A DNA stretch of 64,000 nucleotides from Felis catus (Eukaryota): the NCBI RefSeq assembly GCF_018350175.1, contig NC_058368.1:52702001-52766000 (forward strand), written 5' to 3'. A program made the translations under genes and the position numbers. Position 1 is the first letter of the stretch; each line of letters begins with the position of its first letter. A model generated the notes under the pieces. It was given only the letters and a program-made list of their open reading frames with translations. It did not search any database and was not told the DNA's origin. Shown in pieces: positions 23,335-35,525 of the stretch.

Positions 23335-23467
23335 GAGGACGCCTGGGTGGCTCAGTCGGGTAGGTGTCCGACCAGCTCAGGTCATGATCTCATGGTTCCT
23401 GAGTTCAAGCTCTGCATTGGGCTCTCTGCTGTCAGTGCAGGGCCCGCTTGTCTCTGCCCCTCCCCCG

Positions 23468-23507
<40 letters not shown>

Positions 23508-23527
23508 AACAAATAAACGTTAAATAA
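23335..23527 (+). mobile_element. Can-SINE
   Basis: TSD aaagtataa(a/g)tctg at 23321-23334 and 23527-23540. Confidence 0.93.
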
Positions 23528-23604
23528 AAGTATAAGTCTGTAGGAGTCAAAACGTGCTAAATGGGAAAAAAAATTCAATTACTGACTAAAGCCCTTTTCA
23601 TTAT

Positions 23605-23822
23605 TTTTTTATTATATTTTTAATGTTTATTTATTTTGAGAGAGAGAAAGAGAGAGAGAGAGCATACTGGGCAGAGAGAGAGGGGGAGAGAGAGAGAATC
23701 CCAAGCAGGCTTCACGCTCAGCGCAGAGCACAACATGCGGCTCAATCTCATGACTGTGAGATCATGAGCTGAGCTGAAATCAGGAGTTGGGCATTTAACC
23801 AACTGAGCCACCCAGGTGCCCC
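23605..23822 (-). mobile_element. Can-SINE
   Basis: Full reverse copy ending ccacccaggtgcccc. Confidence 0.95.
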
Positions 23823-24804
23823 AAGGCCTTTTGTAAACTGGTGAAAATAGAGTATGCTGTGCTTTTTAGAGAACAAATGGAGGTAATATTTTAGAAAAGG
23901 AAAGCAAGGCAGGAAGGAAATGTATACACACTGTGTTCCTGCTGTATGTGTATCGACATACTTCCTCTCCACATACTGCCTTCATATGCAACTATAAAGC
24001 AGATATCTGTTATGCAGAATTCAAACGACCAGAGATCTCAGATAACCAGTATCGATACTACACAAATATAATTGGAATTCTTAATGATGATTCTGTGACT
24101 CTGAAGGATCTTGCCATGCCTCTGGGATCCTCAAGGCTGTATTGTTAAATTATGTCAAGGTCCATATTAGTGTTAATTATGTTTTATTGTATTATTTGAA
24201 TATTGGTTATCCTTCTGTGCTATACATTGTTACCCTCCTTTGACCTGATAGCTAATTAACTATGTTTTAATTTGCTGTGTGTAAATTTTGTGAAAAAAGT
24301 ACATTAACATGCACATTTGATTTCATAACTGATCTTTAGCTGTGAGTGTAAATGTGGCATTTGATAAAACATCCCACTAATATGAAAAGAATATAACCTA
24401 GATGCACTATTACTGTCTTATATATATGTTTTCTTCTACATTACCTTTTTGAGGCATTTGGCAGGAAAAAGGTGGGGTTTCTTTTGGTTTACAAAAAAAT
24501 CAAGATATAATGTTAGTATATGGCATCAGTGAGCCCTGGTCACTGTCTGGTTTACTATTCTGTTCTCTAGCTTATGCTCTGTAGCTCTGTTTATCTCTTT
24601 AGTTCCAAGTTTGATATTTGGTGATAATACCAAGGGCACGTCTCGGAACAATCAACATTTGGCAGAATGTGCTTTCTAATTCTAAGTTTGCAGACCGTAA
24701 TAACCAAGGTAGGGTGTTCAAGTCAGGAAACCCATCCTTCTGGAGCCCTCTCCTCTAAACTAGCTCCAATTTGAAGGAATGATAAGAGGTTTGTTTTCAG
24801 GATA

Positions 24805-24945
24805 GTAATAATGGCCAGCTGCTTACTGGATTCCACTTACTGGATTTCAGTCAGTCTTAAGAGCTTTAAGTGCTTCTGCTCATTTAATTCACAGTACAAC
24901 CCTGTGAGATTGTTACTGTTTTACTTTTGAGAAAACTGTGGTTCA
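24805..24945 (-). mobile_element. MIR remnant
   Basis: ctcatttaattcacagtacaaccctgtgagattgttactgtt...gagaaaactgtgg. Confidence 0.65.
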
Positions 24946-25581
24946 TTCATTCATTTAGCAAGTGCATATGTAACACATACTATCTGCCAGGCATCAGTCT
25001 AGGTTTGGGCCTAGCAAAGAGTAAAATAGACACAGAGTTCCCGCCTTCTTAGAGTCTACATTTGCTGTAGCCTCCAAAAAGGTTTTGAGAACTTGGGAAC
25101 CTCAAGCTAGAGTGCCTTTTGAACTCTAAGCCAAAATGTCACAATCTATTTGGCTCAGCGAGGGTTTCTGAGTGTCTACTGTGCATGCTCAATGGGAACA
25201 GCCTAAGACTGAGAGTCAGACATCCTCACGATGTGTCTGTGGGGCAAGTTCCCAAGCTTCTCTGACTGTATGGGTACTAGATGAGGTATCACTGAGTTAC
25301 TCTACTTGTGTAATGGTTCTTTGTGCCTAAAACCTTTAGATACAGTCTATAAAAATATATGTACTCCAGAAACAATTGTAGATGCTGACTTTGAGGAATG
25401 TAAACCTTCTGTAGGATTATGTAGTTTGAAAGTTTATTATTAAGCTTTGGATTAGTAATTAGAAAGATTGGAAAGATGCTATTATTTCAGTTTTCCATTT
25501 GTGAAAACTGAGGTGAAGTGGCTTGCCCTAGGACACAGAAGGGACAAACATTGGGACAAAGACTCAAGTTCCTCTCTTCTT

Positions 25582-25803
25582 GGGGGTGCCTGGGTGGCTC
25601 AGTCAGTTAAGCGTCCAACTCTTGATTTCAGCTCAGGTCATGATCTCATGGTTTGTGAGTTCAAGCCCCCACATGAGGCTCCATGCTCTCAGTGCAGAGC
25701 CTGCTTGGGATTCTCTCTCTCTTCCTCTGTCTGCCCCTCCCCTGCGCGCTCTCTCTCTCTCTCTCTCTGTCTCTCTCAAAATAAATGAATAAGCTTTAAA
25801 AAA
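25582..25803 (+). mobile_element. Can-SINE inserted in a MIR remnant
   Basis: Full copy; degenerate TSD tcct(c/g)tcttct. Confidence 0.95.
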
Positions 25804-25879
25804 TCCTGTCTTCTCACAAATTGTGGCCCAGCTCTGTCTCTATTTGGAAGGTAAAACTGAGCTTGTCTTGGAAAGAATT

Positions 25880-26440
25880 ATTAATCTTTTAGTATATTCA
25901 AGATACTGTGAACAAAGATAAATGGAATACGGACTCTACTTTGTAGCACTTGTAGTTCAGCAGTAGGGGAAACACTTATACATAAAAACTTCTAAAAAGG
26001 AATAAGATGGTAAGAGTCTTAAGGAAGATTAAAATATGTGGCAATGGGAATTGGTTGGTGGGATAAATTATTTTAAGTGGGCATAAAAAAAGATTACATA
26101 GAAAAACACCATTTAAGCTTGTCATATATGAACATATGGAGTGTGTGTGTGTGTGGGGGGGGGTATTCTAAGTGATAGCCTAAGGTAAGTTATGGAAATA
26201 GGAAAGGATTAAGAAACAACTCAGAATTCAGTTTAGCCGGAGCATAAGCTGTGTAAGGGTAGCAGTAGAAAGGCCGGTGAGACGGGCTTGAGGCCACTGG
26301 TGAAGGTCCCCAGGAATTGGACTTTGCTTTATAAGCTCTTAGGAGCCAAAGGACATTTTGAGCAAGGGAGTGTATGATCAGAGTTGTGCTTCAGGAGATC
26401 CAAACCATCAACAGTGTATAAAATGGATTGGATTATGGAA
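25880..26440 (-). mobile_element. L2 remnant
   Basis: ggaattggactttgctt...ttttgagcaagggagtgtatgatcagagttgtgcttcaggagatc. Confidence 0.6.
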
Positions 26441-27309
26441 TAAAAAGGCAGAGTGTTATGCATGCTCCATGGTGCCAGGAACAAGAGAGGTGGATCTATA
26501 TAGACTGGAATACTGAAGGATTTTGCTAGAGCAGGGATAACTTGGTCTGGACTTCGAAGAATGGCCAGATCTGCTAGGGAGACGTCTTGGTGGATGAGGA
26601 TGAGCATTCATCCTTCTAGCATTCATTCTCATCAGGACTGTGGTCGTTTTAGGAATAAAAAGACATATTGCCCTTTGAAGAGCAAAATGAATAAACAGAA
26701 GGGCCCCCCAGAGTGAATCCGAGGGTTCAGAAAGCTCTGGAACCAACCAAGGAAGTAGAGTCAGGGGCCAGAGATGCCTCTGGGGCTGCATGACCTAATC
26801 CTAGGGCAAGTTGAGGCCCCGAGACAGGAATTTGACTCTTAAGGAGAATGTGAGGCTTTATGGTATTCCCAATCGCATCAAAACTAAACAGTCATCACTA
26901 GATTTATAGAGGATGGATGGACAAGATTAGACCAGGTGGCTGGACAAGACTCAGAAGCTCAGCCTGAAGCAATGTAGCTCTGCTAGGAACAGCTGGGAAA
27001 CAGCTGCAGCCAACAGCCCCTGCTGGCAAGCTACTGCCAGCGACAGGCGTGCTCAGCACCCGGAGAAGTGACACGAAACCTGCAACGCGAAGCAATGGGC
27101 ATCAGACCTTCCAGGCCAAACCTGAGACACACATTAGGAGGCCTCTTTCTGCTGGTTGACTTACTGTATTTCACTTGCCCAGGGAGGAAAAATGCCAGCA
27201 GATTATCTTTCTTGCTTCAAAAGGAGACCAGGAACCTCCATTTTGAGTTTCTTAGGTCTTATATGTCATTGTTGTCTACACAGCAAGCCTCCTGCAACTG
27301 ACAGACTTT

Positions 27310-27780
27310 TAATGTGCTAGTGTGTTTGTGTTTACGAAATTGCCAGGATGTTGTCGGGCTGATTCATCATTCTACATTCCTACCAGCAGTGTATGGAAAT
27401 TCCAGTTGGTCCTTTCCAACGGTTGGTATGGTTGGTTAGGCTTTAAAGGGTTAGTCATTCTAATAGGCTATCATTCTAATAGGCTATCTAATAGGCTATC
27501 ATTGTGTTAATTCACATTTCCCTAAAGGATCTTCTCATGTGCTTACTTGCCATCATATACCTTCTTCGATGAGGTGTCTGCTCAAATCTTTTGCCCGCTT
27601 TAAAAATTGGATGCTTGCCTTCTTTTTAGTTCTAAAGATTCCTCGTATATTTTAGATACAAGTCTGTGATCAGACCTATACTTTGCAAATATTTTTTCCA
27701 AGTTTTTGGCTTCTCTTTTTATTTTCTTAACAGTATCTTTTAAGAGCAGAAGCTTTTTAATTTTGATGAAGTTTTTGCTT
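27310..27780 (-). mobile_element. Old L1 ORF2 fragment
   Basis: ORF 27600..27794(-) KDTVKKIKREAKNLEKIFAKYRSDHRLVSKIYEE resembles the L1 ORF2 C-terminal region. Confidence 0.85.
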
Positions 27781-28377
27781 TCTCCTTCCCCCATCTCTCT
27801 GATTCTTTCCGATCCAAAAACAAGGCAGATTCTGTTGGCTCACCGTGGCTGATGTTTGAACAGGGCCATGCTGGGTCAAGTTGCACCTGAGTTTAGTTCA
27901 GGCATTCCCCCTTATATGTTTGTGATTCCATAGTTTTTGTGGCAAAGAGTACAGGAATTGAGTGAAAGAGGACCATGGAAGGTGAAGGTTTTGTGGGAAC
28001 TCTCATCAGATCTTCAGTTTGCCCAAGAATGGCACTCAACCCATTCCAAAGGATTTTGAGGGAGTTTCTCTTATATTCATTAAAAGCAGATTCCTTGACA
28101 ATTGTCTTTTTGGACATTTGGATCTGGTGCAAAATGTGACTTACGTAGGAAGGGAAGATTTGAGTCTGAGCCTTGTGACTTAGGGTGGTAGATTTCCTTG
28201 AAGGCCACTTCAAGTGATTTCAAAGTATTGACTACTCCTGATATTTGAGTCATTCTCCAAACCCTTCAGAGGCCAAGTTGCTTCTTGTTAATAAATTTAT
28301 TTATTTATTTAGAGAGATAGAAAGTCAAGGCTAAGAACAGCTAGTCTTAATTTCCAGAAAAATATCTGGAATATTCT

Positions 28378-28510
28378 TTAAAAACTGTATTTCATGATCC
28401 TCTAAAAACTGTTTCTAAAAATGTGTTCCTATACCAACCCCGTACTTACTGAATCAGAACATCTAGTCTGCGGGTCTCCCTGTGATTCTTCTGTACATCC
28501 ACACTTTAGA
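28378..28510. mobile_element. MER5-like hAT relic
   Basis: acttactgaatcagaacatctag...tgtgattcttctgtacatccacactttagaaa. Confidence 0.5.
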
Positions 28511-29258
28511 AATTAGGGAGAAATGGCTTTTCTTGTGTGTTTGATCAGTTATACAATGTGAATGCTGGCCTTTGTGCTGGGGCAAAAGGATCACAGGAAG
28601 GCAGACTTTATAACCAATTTCATGCTTTTTATAATCAAAATTGTGTACTTCTAGAGACGGTGTAGGAAAGCAGGATGAGAATCCCACACCGACCCCTGGA
28701 GCAAAAGGGGTTAAGTTGCAGGATGCTAACTAGCAGGACTGGATTATTACCTGCTCTAGGCAGGAATGCACCTAAGTCTATTGGCTGCAGGCAACAGAGT
28801 CCCTAAGGGGTGTGGGGCAGAGGCATCTGTGGTTGGGAGGCATTATTTACTGCCTATTCTGTGGGGCTGAGAAAAGTGGATGTCATTTTATTGAAGTCAG
28901 AAGGAGTGGAGAATGGCAGAAGTCATTTCCTAGAGGTTTGGCATTTGGTTGCAGAGGTATAATACATGTCAAAGAATGGCTTTTTATTTTCTTTCCTAAC
29001 AAAATACAAACCTTCTTGTAATGCTAAAAAAGAAATGGTGTTTATCATGAAATACAAAAAGCTTCAGACAAGTATGACATCCCATTTATCCACGATGTGA
29101 GACCATCCAAAGCCAATAATAGAGCTTTCCATATATTGGATATACACTGTACTTTCCCACTTCCTCATGACTGTGTATGTATTTTCTCTTAACGCTTATC
29201 AACATTCTATCCATTTTCCAAGGATAGACTTAAATGCCAAGTACCACCTGACTGTAGT

Positions 29259-29340
29259 CCCGCCCTACCCATGCCCCCACTCCCCCACCCCCCACCCCCC
29301 ATCCCCCATGCCCCCACCCCCCCATCCCCCCATCCTCCAC
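29259..29340. repeat. C-run low-complexity tract (G4 on the minus strand / i-motif potential)
   Basis: About a dozen C3-C6 runs separated by 1-3 nt. Confidence 0.9.
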
Positions 29341-29501
29341 ATCTTGCTGCTATATACTTTCAACTCTTCCTTCTGACAGGAGGTCATTGCCTTGCCCAGA
29401 TTAAGTCTTCTCACTGTTCTTATAGTGCCAGGCACAGGATCTGTTTCAGTGCACTTGCCGTATTTTCCCCAACATCTGAAATGTTTTTCCCCTCTCTGCT
29501 C

Positions 29502-29727
29502 TTTTTTTTTTTTTATTTTTTTTTCAACGTTTATTTATTTTTGGGACAGAGAGAGACAGAGCATGAACGGCGGAGGGGCAGAGAGAGAGGGAGACACAGA
29601 ATCGGAAACAGGCTCCAGGCTCTGAGCCATCAGCCCAGAGCCCGACGCGGGGCTCGAACTCACGGACTGCGAGATCGTGACCTGGCTGAAGTCGGACGCT
29701 TAACCGACTGCGCCACCCAGGCGCCCC
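29502..29727 (-). mobile_element. Very young Can-SINE
   Basis: CpG-rich, near-consensus GGGGCGCCTGGGTGGCGCAGTCGGTTAAGCGTCCGAC...; TSD cctctctgctctttt at 29491-29505 and 29729-29743. Confidence 0.98.
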
Positions 29728-30065
29728 GCCTCTCTGCTCTTTTAATACAACTCATATTTTAAGATCAGAATAAATCCCACACCTTTCTCAAGTTTTTGCT
29801 TGACCATGGAAGTCGATCACTATTTCTGCCTCCTCTGCTATTATAAGAATCTCTATCTCTGTACAGATCTGTATCTGTATCATTTTTCATGATTTGTATG
29901 ATTTATTATCTTTTCATGAGTTTTATCTTTCCAACCAAATTTAAGTTTCTTGTAGGCTATATGTCTTCAGCTTCTTCATGTTCCTCCATAAGACTGTCAT
30001 AGAAATCTAGCAATTCTAATGTTTCCTGGTGAAATTCAATACAAAGAGAAGATTCTAGAGGCTAG

Positions 30066-30069
<4 letters not shown>

Positions 30070-30110
<41 letters not shown>
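30070..30110. repeat. (CA)n microsatellite, about 20 units
   Basis: Direct reading. Confidence 0.97.
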
Positions 30111-30113
<3 letters not shown>

Positions 30114-30344
30114 CTATGTTCTAATCTGCCATTTAGAACATATCTGAATCATACCTGTACTTCTCCTATCTCACCAGATGGTGAGCATCTAGGTGGCAAG
30201 GAATCTTGTGTATATCTTTAAATTCATAGTTGACAGTGAATTCATATTTGTTGAATTGATGATTAGAATGGACCTTTTTATAACACCAAAAAACATGATA
30301 TACCCTACCCTTACCTCTCAGCATTCTTTTTCTTTCTTTCTGTT

Positions 30345-30387
30345 TCCTTCCTTCCTTCCTTCCTTCCTTCCTTCCTTCCTTCCTTCC
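30345..30387. repeat. (CCTT)n microsatellite
   Basis: Direct reading. Confidence 0.95.
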
Positions 30388-30746
30388 ATGTGCTTTTAAA
30401 ACTGTAATATCAATGAATAGAACTGCTTAGAATTGGATATAGTACCTTGCATATATCCTACTGTTTCACATCTCTGTGTCTTTGTTCAGAAAGTGAGTGC
30501 CCTCTGGAATGCTTTGTCTTTATTTGGCCAACTTTATAATGTTCTTCAGGCCTCAGCTCAGAGTCTTCTCTAGGAAATCTGATCTGAACCCTTAAGAGTT
30601 ACGCTGCTTTTCTGCTATATTTCCGGAGCAACCTGTCCACACCTCTATTTTCACCCTATCATATACTGTGGAAATATTCTGTTCATGTGGCGGTCTCCCT
30701 GGTTAAACTCCACCCCTCCAGGTCATAACTGTGTCATGTTTTGACA

Positions 30747-31002
30747 CAGGTTATTTCTCAACCTGTTACCCATCTCCCACCCCTCATACACAGTCTGGTA
30801 TAATATCATAGACATGCCATAAATGTTTGTTGAACTGTTGGCCCGTAATTCTCCACTGGGGGGAGGGTGATTTTATTCTCTACAATGCACAGTACAGTCT
30901 CTTGCCCCACCCCCCCCCCCACCTCCCACCCCACACCCTTCCCCAACCCCAGGAATTATCCAGTTCAGAATGTCAATATAGTGCAGAAGCTGAGAAATTC
31001 TG
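30747..31002 (+). mobile_element. MER20-like fragments interleaved with an L2 3' end and a C-rich tract
   Basis: tttctcaacctg...gggtgatttt...tacaatgcacagtacag...gaattatccagttcagaatgtcaatatagtgcagaagctgagaaattctg. Confidence 0.6.
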
Positions 31003-34000
31003 GCTTTCATATTGTGGTGTGAAAAATGTTTGCTAAAAGGAATGCTTTGGAAATTTTAGACGCTATGCTCTCAACTCTATATTATTTGTCTTTCAGGAAG
31101 ACTTTTAGATTTGCATTCACAGATGGGAATGAACTTACAATAGTAGCAACTTGTGATATGCTAGTGAAATGGCTTGGTTTCTAAGTGTGATCAATGTTGG
31201 AAATTAGAAGTTAAAAGCTTTTGTTCATGCAGGGTTCTGTAGGTTTACTAAAAAACTCTCTACGCAACTATTTGAATTAGTTTCAGGTGAATATTAAAAG
31301 ATCGAATCTTTGTGTGTGAAAAATCAATCCCACAGGGATTCAGAATAGCTTCTCCTGGTCATTTATGAACTGAACTGGGGAACTTTTTGAATTTTATGTA
31401 CTAAATGTAGCCATACTCCCACATAAAACTGCAGGGGGAACTGTACTTACGCAGGAGAGACTCTGGTATGTAACTGCACGCAAACATGGCTTTCAAATGA
31501 CTTCAACTCACCTACTTAGACCAAAGAGGCTGTCAGTTAATTTAACAAACTATCCCTGTTCCCTGATCTTTGGGCCATAAAAATTGTTCATCTGCTCAGT
31601 CACAGGCCATTTAATTTTGGATGCATCGTTGCCAGTTGGTTACAGTAATTAGCATTCCCTATATTGTGGCAGCTTCCCTGAAGCTATGCTAAGTAGGGTT
31701 GCACTTTTGTGTGGAAACATAAGCTGGGTTGTGCAAATGAGCCTGGCCACCCATCTTAGAGACAGAAGCCCTAACTGCCATCTTCTTGGCTCGGGGTGCC
31801 TTCCAGGCCCACCTGCAGATCTTATTTACTGATTATTAATGACAAGAACTGTAGGCAGCTGTGAAAGGCACAGCATGGCAACTCAAAGCTGCAACTCAAA
31901 ACTATCCTCCGTGGGACTGTAATTTTCTTGAATGACACCTGACTTCATTTTAATTTCTTTCTTTGCTCCAAATGCACTTGTGCTGGAGAAATGCAATAGA
32001 AATTCAATGAGCTTCATGTTTAATAGGCAGACTTGCAACATTTGTTGGTGCATCTGTTAGTTTCCTGGCAGAAGTGGGGCATTTGGAAAGGAAATATACA
32101 TTTGTGTCTGTTCCAGAGTTGGCGCACAACCTGTAAGGCGATGATTCAGCAGGGCCCCTGGTGAGATACCAGAGAACAAGGTTACCTAGTGGTTCACTAG
32201 TTGCCAGTCTATGAAGATCATATATTATTTGGGTTTAAAAATCAAATTTGATTGAATAAATGTTAATTTCCGAATAACATCAACCTTCACGGTTAGGAGA
32301 TCAGATTTTCATTCCAATTAAGAGGGACATGGTATTCTATGTATAACTCTGAAAATGAATTGGCTTCATTAGGAATGAAAGCTGGATATAGTTCTTTCAA
32401 ATGCACACATCTGCATTTTAGTTTGTACATCTGCAGAGTTTTGGTTTCCCGGGAAACCACCATGCAAGTTTGTAAGAAGGTTCACCCATCGCACGTTGCT
32501 TTATATCCAGAGTGACTTTATTTCCTTTTCTAATACGCTAGAAAGTAATATTTCATCCGTGGAATTCATTTTCGCATGTTTAATTTTCAGATTAATAGGA
32601 TGAACACCTTGAATGTCATTAAAAATAGGTTATGTTGTTTTCTTCCATTGACTGATGCTAATGCAAATATGGGGGCTTTAGCTCACATTAGTTGCCTTCT
32701 TGTCTTTTACTGCAAGGCTGAATTGTTCCAATGAATAAAGGCATCTGAAGTTGAAATTTTGGGGGTGAGGAACTTATAAATTTTATGACGGATTGGCCGT
32801 TTTGCTGTCCTCTTTAATCATCATATTCTCTAAGCACAGTGAACTCTGCTAATTAAAAAATGATCTACGTAGTCTGGGTGCAATTAATCTTTATTTGCAT
32901 AAGTTCTGAGGAAAAATAAAGTAAATATTGCAAGTATGGAAAAGAGCTACTTTCGGTATTTGGCGATTGTGCACGCGGTGGGAAATAGTGATGGTGACCA
33001 CCAAGATGAGGACCAGGAACGCGTTCGCTAGTGCAGTTGCCTCACACTACCTTCTTAAACGGAAGTCCACAAAGGATCATTTTCATAAAATGCCAACATC
33101 AGCTCAGGAATCCAAGAAGAACAATGGATGTGCCGGGGGGGGGGGGAGACGGGACGGAGCCCAAGTCCAGGAATTTCTCATTTTGTTACAAACAAACAAA
33201 CAAACAAACAAACAAAAACATGAAAGGCTCAAACAGAATAGCCACAGCAGGGGAAGCCAGGAGCAAAAGGACTTCAGAACCCCAATTTAGAAATTCTTTC
33301 AGACCACATCACAAGAGCTACAGTAGGAGGAAAAAAATGGGACAAGTTCTCATTGTCCACGATGTATTTCTGTTAGAGCAGGTATCTTTTAAAACCATAG
33401 CAGGATCGAAAAGCTAAGGTCTGCTTCCACTCCTATTCATTTTTTAAGGTAACAAAAGTCGTTTTGCTTTTGCTAGGGGAGGAGGAAAGAATGTAAATAC
33501 TTGTCTGAGAGTATTGTGGTGAATGGCCTTTGGAAAGCTTTATTGACAAGTGCAACCTCAATTATAAATGAAGGGAAAGGCAAGGTGTTTGTAAAGGCAG
33601 TCTTTTTATTGGGGTCTCCTAGCAGGTTATTCTGGTCAATGTCCAGAATGAATCAAGAAAGAGAAGAATTCAGAGTGACTAGAGTTCTGTTCTCCATTTT
33701 ACCATCCTCGATGGCTGTGGGACATTGGGGAGACTCTGGAGGGTAAGCAATTTCTTAGGTGGTTGCAATGAAATTTTATTTTGGTCAGGAAGACCTCTTC
33801 TAGGGGAGCCAGTGATATAGGAAGAAACGAAGCCCTAAGTTTTTGAACTTCGCAAAGTTATTTCTTGTCCATAACAAATACACGTATTTTGCTGAGTGCC
33901 ATCTGTAAGTTCATACCTCCTAATGGTAATTCACCAAACTATGATAAGTAGTGAGAAAATAAAATGATGGTAATAGACATCAAATCATATAACTTAAAAA

Positions 34001-34551
34001 CTGAAAGGAACCTCGAACATCACCAACACACACAAAATAAATTAATAAGAAAAGAGTTTCCCCCCAGAAAACAAAACAAAACAAAACATGATTTTTTGTT
34101 CCATTGTGGCCTATATTTAAAGCACTGGCCAGGTTTCCTCTTAACTCTTTGTATGCTGTTTGTTCTGCATTGTTATTGACTAACTGCAGGAAAATAAAGG
34201 GATAATTGTAAGATAATTGAGGCCAGGGTTTCAAAAATTCTCTGAAGTGGATACCCTGTCACAGCAGTTCAAAAGTGGGTGTAAACTTTGCCCAACTCTC
34301 CAGGTAGATGATATTCAATCCTGGAAGTTATCTTTGGGAAGCCCAATCAATTCTCTAGTAATTCTGGACATTCGTGTCTCGTACCAAGTAGATTTGGAGT
34401 GGAAGTGGGGAGGGGTTTATCGTTAAGGAATACATTTGTTCTCTGATGATGACATTTGGTTTATGGAAACTTAAGGGGGTATTCAGCCAAAAAAAAAAAA
34501 AAACCCATCTGGGACAGATTTGCTTTGCTGACTGCATTAAAATGTACCCTA

Positions 34552-35092
34552 GATTCGTTTTAATCAGGTGATGGTGATGCCAACAGATCAGGAGGCAACC
34601 GCCATCAAGGAACTAACTCAGAGGTCCCTAGAAATAGGCATGGCCCATAGGGCCATATGGGAAGGCCCTATGGGAAGTAATCCATACCCGGTAGGTCAGG
34701 AGGCACAAGGGACAATGGGGAAACATGGCCACCAGCCTTTACTGAGTTTCTGCAAGAAAGGCGAGGCAGGGCAGGGTAAACAGTTTAGGACTGAATAGTT
34801 TGAATAATTTCAGTGAGCTCTGGATTAAATGGGTGGTTTCTAAGTGCCTGATACCTGGCCCTGAGGTGATACAGGATAGGGGAAATACTGGCATGGCGTT
34901 TGAGAGTTTGTTTAAGGAGGCGATTGGGGTAATGGGTTTTGTTTTGCGTATCGAAAGCAAACTCCCAGGCAAATTGTTTTGCTATCTCTAGGAATTAGCC
35001 ACCCCTGGAGGAGCAGTCCCTCCCCTGGTCCACAGGGACCCCAAAATGCCAAAGAATCAGAAAATATAGAAAATTAAAAACATGATGAATGC
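34552..35092. mobile_element. ERVL-type solo LTR (MER74-like)
   Basis: ggtgatgccaacagatcaggaggcaaccgccat...gtttgaataatttcagtgagctctgg...ctatctctaggaattagcc...ggagcagtccctcc. Confidence 0.6.
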
Positions 35093-35267
35093 ACTGGCCC
35101 TCCTTCAATCTGAAAAGCCTGTCTTGTAGGACTGACCTGCAACTAAAGATGAAATCTTGAAATTGACTGGATGCTGGCCTTCCTCTCCTGAAAACAAAGT
35201 GGGATCTTGACAACAGATGGCAGCTTGTCTTAAATGTTTGGCCAAATAACTCTCAAGGAAGTATAAT

Positions 35268-35525
35268 AATAATCAGAATTACTATTTATTGATTCATTAC
35301 TCTGTGCCAAGTACTATGTGATGCACTTGGCATATATTATCGTATTTATTTCTTTTTTGACAAAGTAGGTTCTGTCATCTCCACTGTGATATGAATATAC
35401 CAGAAGCTTAGAGAGGTTTGACAACCTGTCTCTTGTTACTTCCTCAGTTGACAGCAGAGTAGGGAATCTTACCCTGTCCACCTCTGGCCACCGAGGTCAA
35501 GGTGTGTGCTCTTAACTGCTACACT
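35268..35525 (-). mobile_element. MIR
   Basis: tatttattgattcattactctgtgccaagtactatg...gcttagagaggtt...tgctcttaactgctacac. Confidence 0.75.

Noticed and set aside
23933..24148. Protein-looking 71-aa ORF (CNYKADICYAEFKRPE...)
   Set aside because: Non-ATG start, no homolog I recognise and no convincing splice sites; a tblastn/PhyloCSF hit would be needed
27893..28213. 106-aa minus ORF, and similar ORFs at 22723, 32928 and 40673, as processed pseudogenes
   Set aside because: No recognisable parent protein, poly-A or TSD; lengths are compatible with chance
29271..29762. 163-aa proline-rich ORF
   Set aside because: Composed of a C-run tract and an antisense SINE
35205..35225. CTCF-like gacaacagatggcagc
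   Set aside because: Mismatches in the CCAC core; it could equally be an isolated E-box, so it is unsupported without ChIP data
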